A DNA stretch of 64,000 nucleotides from Lingula anatina (Eukaryota > Animalia > Brachiopoda): positions 8,618,001 through 8,682,000 of the forward strand of contig CM120643.1 of the NCBI GenBank assembly GCA_051362555.1, read 5' to 3'. Made by a program: the position numbers and the translations under genes. Below are positions 26,001-38,726 of the stretch, in pieces. The notes under the pieces were generated by a model. The model was not told the origin of the DNA and did no database searches. It was given only the letters and a program-made list of their open reading frames with translations. Every line of letters starts with the position of its first letter. The stretch's first letter is position 1.

Positions 26001-27210
26001 TGACTGGTTCAGCCCTGAAACACGAATACATTCTTGTCATGCATCAAAATAACGCAATTCCAAAGAGGAGTCAAAATGAATGAGTGATAATTGTCCATAG
26101 GCAGATAAACAGATAGACAGATTTATCATTCTTATTTTGGAATGGTGAGCATAAGAATTATAGAAAACGTTTTTTTTTTCTTTTTCACAATATCCTCAGA
26201 AAAGTCATATCGATCGAGGTGCAGCCTCGTGATATATTGACCGAAAGCAAAAACCAATAATTATTATTATTATATAAAAAGATATAATGTCATTTAACAC
26301 CTCAATAATATCAAGGATATGCCATCGATAGTTGCAACATTGCTGTTAATCAACATTGATTTCGTCTGAATGAATACACGTCATTTACCAATACGAAGGT
26401 TTTTCACATCTCACATTCTAGATATAATACCGGGATGTCCGTTAAAATTATGTAATATTATATATATATATTTCATGACTTCAGAACGTGCTAGCACACT
26501 GGGTACAGTTTGTGTAAAGCAGGATCCGATCTTATTTGCCACACTTGTTTTCAGTGGGATAGCTTAATTTGTTTTTCGGTACGTGAGGCAGCAGACATGG
26601 TGCAGTGCGGGAGATTCCTGCCTCATTTGGCTCCGTATCTATGGTCTGCACATCTGTTCTGTACAGTACAAAATGTCCAAACGTGCGAATGCCACATCTT
26701 GGTCGCCGCTTTGACTGGATTCCCATACCTAGATCGATCTAACAGGTTCGATCTATCTCCAAAGGGTTTCTCGCTTAATTACTTTCAGATTAAGCGGTTT
26801 AGATGTCTGGCACGCCTACTGAAGCTGCTAAACGATAATTAACTTCCCCCTAGCAGCTTGAGTAGGCGTGACAGACATCTAAGCCGCTTAAGTTGATAGC
26901 TATTTAGCGAGAATCCCCTTGAAGATTGACCGATCCACAATTAGTACGATAGGGTCTGGGAATGGTCCCTTCTACGTGGCTCTCTCTCTCCCTCTTTCTT
27001 TCACATGTTACTCACTACACATATCAAAGAGAGAGCGAGAGAGAGAGAGAGAGAAACTAAGGACTTACCTAGTATAAAATCGGAGCTAAACATTGGCGAA
27101 CCGGACTGGCTAAATACTGGAACAAGCTCAGCCCAAGTTGTAATCATCCCTGCGAGAAACACCGACATCGGTATGATTGCAACCAGCAAGAAGTAGCCAT
27201 GATATGCCAT
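23070..27210 (-). CDS. MFS transporter, monocarboxylate transporter (SLC16)-like, paralog A (6 coding exons)
   Basis: Exons 27210-27069, 26014-25712, 25239-24962, 24642-24417, 23944-23801 and 23389-23070 have GT-AG ends and matching phases. There are multiple hydrophobic helices, MFS motif A (ADILGRP), LLNKWF, AGWRYSF and SRLFIGILGD as in SLC16 proteins. Confidence 0.88.
24056..24240. mobile_element. Hairpin MITE (Harbinger-like, TWA flanks) in MFS-A intron 4
   Basis: Ends are GAGTGCATTCAGAACA and TGTTCTGAATGTCCTC with TAA/TTA flanks. It is absent from the matching intron site of paralog B (~35032). It is related to 42747-42926. Confidence 0.8.
26713..26969 (+). mobile_element. ~257-bp foldback MITE, family 1, copy 1
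   Basis: GACTGGATTCCCA...TGGGAATGGTCCC with long internal inverted arms. Homologous copies lie at 29616, 38528 and 40970. Confidence 0.85.
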
Positions 27211-29615
27211 TTTCCTGAAGAAAAATGACTCTTTTTAGAGTGAATTTTGGATGAAATGCTATTTTTTAAATCAAGTTACACTTTTACTGGAAAATTGATT
27301 AAGTGTCAATTTTTTTAAGTTTAAATAATATTTAAATTATATGTAAGTAATCCATTTTTGGAAATGACATGAAAAAGTGTATACAAAAAGTGTATACAAA
27401 TTTATTGAAAAAGTCCATCGACTCTGATAACGACCGGGATATGTCCAGCTGATGCTGTTGTATCCAAACAGACTTGAATTTCATATAAAATATTAATATC
27501 CAAATCTTTTTTCTCCGATTTTTTCTATTTTTAGTGTAATGGTTAAAACAAAGTCTGAATTCGCGTATTTAATACTTTTAATAACATCTTCAGTGTCACT
27601 GTGACTTCAGTTATTTATGAATTAAAAAAAATACATGGATCTCCATATTTTTCTAAATTATCAAGTGTTAAATAGTTACAAGCTCCACAAAGGACACCCA
27701 TATCAATGTTTGGTCAGTGGTGCGCCTGGTCTCATCTGGCTGATGCCAGAGCTGTCAAGCGCCAAGGCATTGCATCTGACAGGTTTCTCAGAGTTTCATC
27801 TGAATAACTTTCTGGACAGGAATCGATCAGTACTTGTTCATGTTGGTACATATTTATTGTAGGACCAGAAGACCCTGGATTTGGTGAGTAATAATTACCC
27901 ACAGGTTGTTTATAGGGTTTTAATGTTACGATCTCGATGGCTACGGTAGCTGCGCAGTCCCTCAGTTCTGCAAATTATCATCACTGCAATTTTTCTTCTT
28001 CCCGGTGATAAGGTTGTCGAATGACAGGACGAATCTCACCTGCACCAATTAATGGGAAACGGACTAAAGTTTCTTGCGGACCTTCATTCATGTTACACGG
28101 ACGGCTTCCTAGGTCCGCTGTATCTTCTATTATTTATATGGACAACACATGTACTCTCTAAAATCGCGCATCAGTTCAATTTTGAAAACTTTCTGGTCCC
28201 GCTTAAGATCAATGATAGTGATTAACGAAAGATATACACTTTATGATTATTGACGCCGATTTGAAAGAAGGAGGGGCAATTTGCGTGTCAGGGTTTAAAG
28301 CAAATACTGTATATAACGATACACCAACCCAGGTGCTGTGTATAGCCAACTAATGCTTATAGTCCTGTTGATAATGACCACGTTGAGTAGAACTACCTGT
28401 ATGAATGAAATGCTTATATTTAATACTGTTGAATGCAGTCTAATGTAATAGTAACTTCACAACAAAGACGCCTGACCGTCAAGATGATCAAGACTCACAA
28501 TATGCATAGCATGGTTATATTCCCGTTTGATTAAACAACCAATGGAATACCGGGTACATGTACAATTAGTCTTGTTAAAAGAAATACCTATAACCCAGAG
28601 TAATGATGATAAATATCATTTGGGAGATTAAACAACAAGGCAAATGGCTTACCTGTAAAAATAAAGATAGAATGGTAGAGTGAAGACGTCTGTCCGTCCT
28701 GCTCACGAACTATGTAATGTCTGAGAACGGCCACGACCAGCTCATATCGATGATAGCATGAGGAGAGTAAGAGAATTATCCAACGAAAATTTAGGGATCA
28801 TAAGGCTAGTGGAACTGAAAAGATTAGACAACAGACTGCAATTATAAGAGGAAATAACCAATTTTGTGAGGTAAGGGAAGTTAAGATAAGATAAGATAAA
28901 GGTTTATTTCCGTAACAATAATAAGTAACGTAACATACAATATCATTAAAACAGCGTCGTTCTATCAAAAACGGTAAAAATTATTTTGATAAAAAGTTGA
29001 AATCTTTTTATCTAAAAGGAATGCAGCTTCATAAAGGAAGCTGCATAAAATTGTTTACTACCCTTTGAAACTAAAAGCTTGGAGTTGCTTGGTAAAAATT
29101 TTAAAATGAGTTGAGTTGATAGACACTGAATGGCCGTGAAATTTGATCAGATAACAATCTGATCAGTCATGGCAAGCTATGGTCTACCGCCTGCAATTTG
29201 AAGCAATTGGCTAAAATGCTAGCTGACTTTTCTTGTTACAGAGCTACATGTATCTTTGGTAGGAATATGTTTATCATACACATGTACCTGGCGTACAGTT
29301 CCGTCAAAATTTCCCTGCTCGTTAACTGTAAAACTATAGGACCATTACAAGTGGGCTAGACGCTGTTAACGTACAAAGAACAGTTTCGACAAGGCCTTTC
29401 TTATACCAGGCAAAATTAATACTGTCGTTGTGAGACATAGTTTTTTTTTTCGAAATTCTGGAACAGTATGGTGGTATACTCGATTCCTCACTGTTCAAAT
29501 GACGACTGGCTTCTGTGGATATTAACAATCACTTCTTGTGACACTTTACGAACAAATACAGGAAGCCTGCATGCATGGGGGGGGGGGGGGAGGGGGCGGG
29601 TCATCAATACATGCA

Positions 29616-29880
29616 GACTGGGTTCCCATACCTAGATCGATCTAACAGGATCGATCCATCTCCAAGGAGTTTCTCGCTAAACTGCTTTCAGCTTAAGCGG
29701 CTTAGATGTCTGTCACACCCACTGAAGCTGCTAAACGATAATTTCAATTAAAAGTACCCCCTAGTAGCTTCAGTAGGCGTGACAGACATCTAGGTCGTTT
29801 AAGTTCATTGCAATTTAGTGATAGTCCCCTTGGAGATAGATCGATCCACAGTTAGTACGATAGGGTCTGGGAATGGTCCC
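29616..29880 (+). mobile_element. Foldback MITE, family 1, copy 2
   Basis: Colinear with 26713-26969. Confidence 0.85.
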
Positions 29881-31535
29881 GTAGCCTCACTAATACAGGA
29901 CAATACATGTACACAGCACCCGGCTCACTTAGTATCCAGGCCCTAGTGGCATGACAAATGGAGATGTATTGGATGCCGATCTTTGTCAATTTACCGTATT
30001 ATCTATCTGGTCAATCTGTAACAAACCATTTAATATCAATTACAAAATTGGACTATTCAGATAATACTGCTGTACATTCCACACCTTTCAAATAAATAAT
30101 TGCTAATGATTAGAGGGTGATGATGCGTTTCGGATTGGATGTCGGTTTATATGACAACGACGACAATGTAGACAGCTGCAACGAAATTATATTACGAGAA
30201 CAAGCCTTTTTTCCCCAGATGTAACGACTCCGATTGCCGTGGAAAATTTTGAACTTTACATAAAGTAACTAACGAAGGGCATCTGTAACGAAAAAATAAT
30301 AAATAAGGGTGTCTTTTAGCCTATAAAAAACGTAAAATATCGTAAAATATGAAAACAACTTACCTTCAACAAAGAGCGTTTTGGTGCATGTCGTCTTCTG
30401 TCTCCACATCTGTCTTTGATTTTCGATCTACAAAATTGTGGAAACTGCGTCTTGGATTTTAATATTAAAATATTTTCCCTGCTTTTGATCCTAATTATTA
30501 TGTACTGAAACACCTTGAAAGGCTTTGAAACTCGTTTATTCCCAGGCGGATCCAGGATTATATGAAGGGGGGGGGGGGTGTCCGCGGAAGCGAAGCCGAC
30601 CCTCCCCCCATCTACGTTACAGTTTGCCCCTGTACACTGCATTGTGGGATAACTTTCAGCTTAAAATATGCACGGAAGCAGAAGGGTCGATAATTTCCAT
30701 ACATTTTAATTTAATTTTAAAAAATTTGCATAAAACAAGCATGTATATCCCTATCCTTTTTTCAGAAAAAGACAAAGAAAATACTTAAAGTATGTGTTAA
30801 GAACCCATATTTCTCCCGCGGCATTCTTTTAAATTGCCGATCCGAGATCTTAAGTAGGCCTATAACCGGTGTAACATGAAAGTCTGACTCCCGGAGTCAA
30901 AATTTCATAATGAAAAGCTGACACCCCCTCCCCCCATGAAACTTTGACTTCCCCCACAAAACTTCATAAATCTTGTTTCATTTGAGTATATGACTTTTAT
31001 CTTGTAGTATGCATAACGGAGGATACATTGGCACTTTTTGTTAGTTTGCAGGTGGAAATTTTATGAGAAAGTAAGAAAATTAAAATGTGTATTTTACCAC
31101 CCAATGACTCCCCTATGAAAAAGCTATTTATATAATATTTGGTAATCATTTCAACGTCTTTTCTTTTAGTATACTTAATGAAGAATATATTAGAAATATT
31201 TGAAAGTTTGATGGTGAAATATTGGGTGAAAAAAAAAGAAAAGAAAATCACGAAAAATATTCATTTTCATACCCATGCCATTTGGACTCCCATAAAGAAA
31301 AGGCTCCTTGTTATATTAAGTCACCATACCTTTATTTTTCAACATAGTTTGCATTGTGACGTACAAATCCTAGTGACAGCTACAAAGTACCTGTAATGCA
31401 AAGGGCCTATAACTGCAGGTGCATTTGAAATCGCAAACTTGTAAATCAGGGCCCCGTAACACAAAAGCATCGCGCATTGCGACCGAGCGCAAGCAAGCGT
31501 CTCGATTCCATAACTCGCCCTTGAGTTCAGACCTT

Positions 31536-32561
31536 GAGGTCAGAATTCCAGGTATGCTATGTGTTAGGTGTTAGGCTTCGTTCACATGCAATGTCTATTT
31601 TCTAAATTCTATTTTCTATTTGCGGCACGTCTTATGATCACGGTCTGTGCACTGAATATCCCGCCGCGTAATTACTGGCAGCGCGAGCCAGTTACTATAA
31701 GTTACTATAAGTAACTGGCTCGCGCTGCCAGTAATTACGCGGCGGGATATTCAGTGCACAGACCGTGATCATAAGATAGCGCGAATAGAAAATAGAATTT
31801 AGAAAATAGACATTGCATGTGAACGAAGCCTTAGTGTTACAGATCTGTTAACATTCCTGTTAACCCAAATAAGAAAACATGGAGTTCAGGTAAACAGTCT
31901 GTTGACATGTGGTCAACATCCTGCTATTCTGCTGCAGCATGTATTTAACAGGCTGCTAGCCCCATGTTGACCCATTTCCTGGTGTGTGACACCAGCAAGA
32001 ATAGCACAGTGGGAATCCCCAAGTAAACTTACATGTGTGCACTAGAGAGAGCCTACATACAAGTTTGAAGTGAGCAGGTCAGTTTGCAGTTTGACTATAC
32101 ATGTACAGTTTATGTTGTTCTTTACCATGACACTAACACTAACATATTCAGTTGTGACCTCTTGAAGATGTAACACAAGCTTAACCACTTGGTGGTTAAA
32201 CTTTCTAAAATTAAGATGAGTTCAAATGTTTTATTGCTGACGTGCTAAATATCGAAAGCAGATAAGCTAAAATAATTCTGTGATAACCCCTCGTTGATCC
32301 CTACAGAAATGGATAAGCAATTGAAAATTTAAACTTAACATTTTTTAGTTTGCTCTGATTAATTTAACATTTTATGTAACAGAGATGTTTGGTGTAACAC
32401 CATCTGTTACAGGAACTGTAGTTTTCAACAGATCTGTTACTCTAACATTGGTGTTACACTGGTGTTTAATAAGAGGTCAGAATTGTTGATTAATGTAACA
32501 TATCTGTAACAGATCTGTAACACTAACACTTAACACATAACATACCTGGAATTCTGACCTC
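31536..32561. mobile_element. Middle element of the nest; ~55-bp TIRs with GAG...CTC termini
   Basis: The left TIR is GAGGTCAGAATTCCAGGTATGCTATGTGTTAGGTGTTA[insertion]GTGTTACAGATCTGTTA. It matches the reverse complement ending ...CATACCTGGAATTCTGACCTC. The interior is rich in TGTTA/TAACA. No TSD was seen. Confidence 0.8.
31574..31830. mobile_element. Innermost, near-perfect 257-bp palindromic MITE with TTA TSD (Harbinger-like)
   Basis: GGCTTCGTTCACATGC...GCATGTGAACGAAGCC with ~120-bp arms. TTA lies at 31571-31573 and 31831-31833. Confidence 0.92.
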
Positions 32562-34061
32562 GCTCAACGTAGCTTCTATGTGATATCGCTATTCGCAAAA
32601 CGCGATGTTTTCGAGTTACGGGCCCTGATGAATTAAAAAAGAATCGCCATCCAATCCCTAAGGACTAGATAAATTTACCATAAATAATAATAAAAATGAC
32701 AGTAATAATAATAGTAATAGGTACTGTCACGATTGTAGGGTATACATTGGGAGTGGATAAGATCAGCTGGTGGCCTCATGTGAACTGCAAAGTGGGGTTT
32801 AAGAGGGTGAAGAGGGTAAAGAAACAGTAAACAGCTATTTGGCGACGTGAGAATGCCGATGAAAATTATTTTTCAAAATAATATTACTATAGAATAGTGT
32901 ATGGGGTTTGAAATTAAATTTCGACACATAGCCTATATATATATTTACAAACTGTTCCTGCAGGCAGTATATTGCACTTTTTTTAAATATTGATTGTGAC
33001 AGTTGCACTCACTTTCTTTTTGCATTGCGACGGCTGCTTTGTACAGTGCCCTTTATTTGTCCCCAAAAAGTAAGATGTAGAATTTTCTTGTACGTGTTGC
33101 AGATGTTAACTGAGCAAGAATGTACATGCTCGTCCAAAAGTTTTACATCGGACACGCGAGGGCCAGGCTCTCTTTGGAAATCATACAGGGTGCTTTGTGG
33201 GTACTTTATGAAGCGCTGAAAGTAGCTACACTGTAACATACAAGTTCGAACAATATCATTCACTGGCAGATCAGATACTTCACCCCTACTTGAACCCACC
33301 AACCAAAGAGACTAGTACACGTATGTCCAAAATAGGCAAAAGTGAACATCGGAAACGGGTTTACAAAAACAGCCACTACAATGAATAAAATATGAATAGA
33401 ACGGTTGACATTTGGCCTATTATGCCTCGTGCAGTTGGGCCAAGAGCTACCCAATTATGCCGTTAAATGATAGGCATCGTATATCTAACGTACACACAGA
33501 TTATACTAAGTACAATGTTAATGTACTAGTACACTCTTTACAGATTATGGCGTACAGGTAGAAGCACACGGGTTCTCAAATAAATAAAAAGAGCTTCCTC
33601 TTGATCGGGTCCTATTTCATATCAATGGGCCTTATTCTTCGTACGTTGTAGTTCGGGGTGAATCTAATTTCATTAAACCATTGTTCACAAAGGTATGCAA
33701 TTAAGAAAGACAATTTTCTGTTTTGCTGATAAATTTGCATCTTATTGCTTGCACATTACTTTATATCAAAGCACAAACAAATCCTTTAGCACATAACAAA
33801 ACAAGGTCACCCAAAAGTTAGTGGCACCAGTGTATGGCAATAAAACGTAGGCATGCCATACTGAATGGGACAATGTAACTGAGCAATCAAAGGCCTAAAA
33901 TTCTCGATCGATCAGGCGCCGTGCTTGGTCGATGGAACGCCAAGCCTTTTGGCCGCGTGAAGCTTCTGCACATTTGTTGGTCGTTGCTCCTGTCCACTGT
34001 CTGATGTTGCTTATTAAGTACCGGTACGTCTTGGCAAAAGGTACATGCATGGCAATTCGCA

Positions 34062-37000
34062 CTAATGTTTACTTTCACTATCACCACGCGGCTGAATTTT
34101 TTTGATTGCATAAGATATGATAGAGTCCAAAGGAGTCACTGCCTCCGATATTTTATTACTTTTGTTCTCCGTTATGAATTTGCTCTCGGTGGGTGTCGTA
34201 TTGAAAAGAAGCGGTGCTGCCATCTGTTGTTCTGCATCGACTGTCGATGGGCATGTCTGGGCAATGTGCCGGAATTTATTACATGATATGATTATGATCT
34301 GAGCAACCAGTATGAAAGCATAAAACACCCCTAAGGCGTTGAATACCAATGTATAGGACCTGTATTTGTCCAGAGCGAGTCCTACAATGACATGAAGTGA
34401 AAAATAATTTTTAGTAATTTCTCATGAATAGGCCTTCATGTACATAGGCCTATTCTTACATGTATGAACACAAATGAACAAAAAACATGTTTGTAACATA
34501 ACGTTGAGCTATTTTACTTTAAGCGGTGTTACATGGTGTTTAAAATCTAGAAATAAATAATTTAGTAAAAATCGCTTAACTTAGAGTATCAGTGTATATG
34601 TTCTAGATAACATACATTTTCATCAAGTCTTTAGAGACATTAATAAGCTTCAGATATTTTAAAACTCAAGCTTTGTTTGCGTCATTTTTTGGCTGATCTG
34701 TGGACGATATACAGGTACAGCTTTTTAAAGACCTACTCTTTTTTATTTTTGCTAGTACCGGTAGCTCTGTCCACTCACCTGATAGAATCCCTCCGGTGCT
34801 TAATCCAATGCCCCGACCAACAAGCTGAGTGAGGAATAGACCGCGAACACTTTCTCCCCCCAGAACCTCGTGACAGGCGGCATACCATGCAGCAATGATA
34901 GGTCCCTGTCCAGCTCCTAAAACTGAATTATTTTTTTATAATCATTGATGTCCCTTTTAAATCAAAATTTGAAAGGCGGATCATTCTATCCTTTTTTCTT
35001 GCATGTCACGCAGCGTTGTTCATATCCAATAACATTATCTGGCGCCATTTTGTTCACCACCATGGAAAAACGTCCCATATACACCTTTATTTCGTGATCC
35101 AAATACTGTACGATAAATCACGTATATCTGAAGTCCTATAGTATTCACGTCCCAAAAACAATGGGGTCTACCTAAATTATACACTTCAAGGGTATATGCA
35201 TATACCAAAAATTTTAATCCAATTGCCAAACCGTTAATTTTTCCGATTTTTCGAAAACTGAAAGGTTTAAAGGGATAATAACTCTTCGTATGAGATCTAT
35301 ATTTCACAATAAAAACCTTGTGAATAACTCATAGAAATATAATATATTCTGTTTTACCACAAAAACAGCAGTTATAGCTTTTATTCTGATATCTGAACTT
35401 GTCTTTAGACCACGTGACCTCCATTGATGTCTATACTCTGTTAAAATCTCTTAAGAGATTTTAACAAAAAACCAAACTTTTTAGAAAAAAACCAGGGACT
35501 AACTTTGAATGTAAAAATGGATTCATTAACCATTGGTAAGTATGGGAAAATTGTTGTTTACTCCAGGAAAATTCATTTTTAGGCCGAAACAAAGAGTTAT
35601 TATTGCTTTAAAAAATCAAGATCTACCTGCACCAAATGAGACAACACCCGCTAGTGATCTGCTCAGAGGTAAAAGGAAACAAGCAAGTGCCAACATCAGG
35701 GCGCATCCGCCGTACACGTATAACAAGTAACCCTTGATAAAATCTCCTAATATCCCGATAAAAAATCGAGAAAGTGCATTGGTCACGCCGAACGCCGTTA
35801 GGGCATATGTGGAAGTCAGACCGTGAAATCCCTGGTCTTCAGCGTATTTTACCTGTAACGAACAGTTAAGGGGTTGCGCTATGCCGAATGAGTGCATAAT
35901 GACAACATGCCTAGATAGAAAATAGGACAATACAAGAATCGACTTAACACATCAAACGAAACACGTTAAGATTACGTGGTTATATTGGTACTAGAGGTAT
36001 AGCAACATTTTAAGTAATGCTTAAATAAGTTCTAAATTGGTTTTAGGTTTTTAATAAAATACGTTAATGCCGCAGTACTTACATACTCGAGACCTGTACG
36101 TCTACTGCGTTCAAACCTGACTCGTGTAACAATAAATATTCACTATACGGTCATCTACTGCGTTAAGGTCAATGACCTTACCAAAAAAGTATACGCCACC
36201 GATTGACCCAGCCCTTTGCACACAGCCGTCAGAAACCACAAGGTCATCAAAGTCATTTTAATCCATTTTCTCCACGGTGTAGTATGCAGGTCATTGTCAC
36301 CACGGTTTGAACTTGTCACTTCTTCTGGTTTTGGCTCCCGATAAACAAATCCGGTAAAAACAACAAGGAACACGCCAAATATGAGCAAGAAAATAAACGA
36401 ATATCTCCATCCAGCAGTGGAAATTATATATCTTATAAGAAGAGGCATCGTTGCGAACCCTGAAAGACAAGCAATGACATTTTTCAAAATCTAAAATATA
36501 TTGTTATGATTTTTTGTAATTTTAAGAACAGGTATATTCAAAATATATGAGAACCCAGCGCCTCAAGAAGGTCAAATGAACATAAGTATGATATGATATT
36601 TTAAAGATACATACAAAGTCAATTTTTTGTCATAAAAAGCAACCAAATGCCAGCATATAGTTTCAAGTAGCATAACTAAGAGAATTACCAAAAGACATTG
36701 TTTAATTTTACCCGAAAGTGATGTTTGAACAGATTTTTCTGCTAGCAATCTATGCTGTAGGTCAATGGGGCAGAAAAGTAGGTCACGAAAGTAGGTTAAA
36801 TTGACAACCAAAAATTTAAAGAAAGGAGCACTCTAAAGCTCTTTTATGGTTGATCGGGTAATTTATTCAGTTTATCCCTTGGCATGTCGAATTTATTAGA
36901 GTCGTAGAAGAAACTAGAAGAAGTGGTTTACATGTGTTACTGGGAATCCGCGCTCCACCGATGCTCGGTTCGTATGAACCTTTAAGGAAAAAAGATATGA

Positions 37001-38468
37001 GCCTAGTGTTTGGCACCCTAGTGAGGTAGTGGTTCATAAGTTTTGCTTTGTAATACAAATGTGAGGTATAGGGTCAAAGCAACTCCCGGTCCGAACCCTA
37101 CATATTGAAAATTTATTTTAGACCAATTCACAGTATGCCCCATTACATTTTCCCTTTCCTAAAAACTATCAAACCTCTAAATATTTCACGTACAAATAAA
37201 AATTAATGAAAAGGGGGAATGAGCGAATGCATCCTTTCTTAATTAACTCCAAAGAATTAATTTAGTTAAAGTAACGTGGCATTTTTTAAAAAAGAGACAC
37301 GATGGCGAATATGAAAGCGGGGCAAAATGTTAACCGGCCTATATAACGTAAAAATGACGACAAGTACAATCATCGTGCTTCGTTTACCTAGTGGATTAGC
37401 CATCATTTGAAAGCTAGTGGCAAACACATGGAAACGATGGTGCCACGGAAACCACTTGTCCAGAAGGAATGACATCGGGGCCATACAGAAATTCATTCCA
37501 ATTCCAACAATCACTGGACGAGAAATTAGCAGGAACGCCATGTTTGGTGCAACGGCACTCAAGCCCTGCCCCAGGCAGCAAAGTCCCAAACCAATCCGTA
37601 TTGTCCACGGGCGTCCAAGTATATCAGCTATCAAATTTGTTAGATAGCTGGGGACGAGCATGAAGGCCAAAAATAGTGACTGGTTCAGCCCTGAAATAGA
37701 TTTCTGAATGTCTTGTCATTACAATCTACGCACTACGTTTACCACAGAGGACGCAAAATAAATTAAAATTTTCTGCCAAGCCCTTTTTTAATGAAGCCAT
37801 TTGTACTTTGAAGCAAAAATGCAACATTATAATGTTTGGATTGGCTATAAGAGGTTGATGTGTTGTTTTCAAAACAACAGTAGCCAAAAGCAAAATACAA
37901 AATTTTTGAAAACACAATTTTATATCTAATTAATGACAGTGATTTCCAAGATAAAATGAAGAGTTGCACATTGCCATTATCTTACATTTCTGTCCACTGA
38001 TTGGAAAAAAATCTGCCATTATGTCATTGGCCAATATATATTATTATCACACATCACATTTCCAGATATAAGACCAGAACCTACTATACTTGTGTTAGTT
38101 GTGTAATAAATTTAACTTATGACTATACAGAAGACCAGAACATGCTGTCAAACTGGGCACAGTAACTATAAAATTTTTGAACCCCATTTTAATTGTGGAA
38201 TCCATATGCCGAAAGCATGGTGTTTAAAGTAAAAATTGAACCAAACTTTCTATTCCCACGCTAGTTTCAATGAGGCAGTTTGGTGGCACGTGGTTATTAG
38301 AGGTGGGGCAGCGAGCAAGTACTCACCTAGTAGAAAATCGGAACTAAACATTGACGAACCGGGCTGGCTAAATACCGGAACCAGCTCAGCCCAAGATGCC
38401 GTCAATCCTGCGAGGAACACCGACATCGGTAAAATTGCAGCCAACATGAAGTAGCCATAATAAACCAT
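34062..38468 (-). CDS. MFS transporter, monocarboxylate transporter (SLC16)-like, paralog B (6 coding exons)
   Basis: Exons 38468-38327, 37690-37388, 36459-36182, 35852-35627, 34922-34779 and 34381-34062. Exon sizes and phases match paralog A and the translation is highly similar. Confidence 0.88.
35271..35607. mobile_element. Kolobok-like MITE (TTAA TSD, AG...CT termini) in MFS-B intron 4
   Basis: TTAA|AGGGATAATAACTCTT...AAGAGTTATTATTGCT|TTAA. Paralog A has the empty site GAAAGGTTTAAAAAATCGAG at ~24391-24410. Confidence 0.88.
36605..36981 (+). mobile_element. Kolobok-like MITE (TTAA TSD), family 2, copy 1
   Basis: TTAA|AGATACATAC...GTATGAACCT|TTAA. It is colinear with 55693-56074. Confidence 0.85.
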
Positions 38469-38527
38469 CGCACCTGAAAAACAAGGTACCTATATTTAGA
38501 GAACTTGACTATCTGAAAAGAAACTTA

Positions 38528-38726
38528 GGGACCATTCCCAGACCCTATCGTACTAACTGTGGATCGATCTATCTCCGCTTACTGAAGCTGCTAGGGGGTA
38601 ATTAATTATCGTTTAGCAGCTTCAGTAGGCGTGACAGACATCTAAGCCGCTTAAGCTGAAAGCAATTTAGCGAGAAATACCTCGGAGATGGATCGACCCT
38701 GTTAGATGGGAAGTTCGTACCCAGTC
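38528..38726 (-). mobile_element. Foldback MITE, family 1, copy 3 (inverted, internally deleted, TTA TSD)
   Basis: TTA|GGGACCATTCCCAGACCC...CCCAGTC|TTA. Confidence 0.82.

Larger units (their letters stand above)
31447..32627. mobile_element. Outer MITE of a triple-nested insertion (Harbinger-like, CAG/CTG flanks)
   Basis: Imperfect inverted ends CAGGGCCCCGTAACACAAAAGCATCGCG and CGCGATGTTTTCGAGTTACGGGCCCTG. Confidence 0.65.

Noticed and set aside
28039-30427. Extra coding exons upstream of MFS-A (minus-strand donors near 28039, 28652 and 30363)
   Set aside because: The ATG-bearing piece near 28091 splices out of frame with the transporter ORF. These may be UTR exons but cannot be supported without transcripts.
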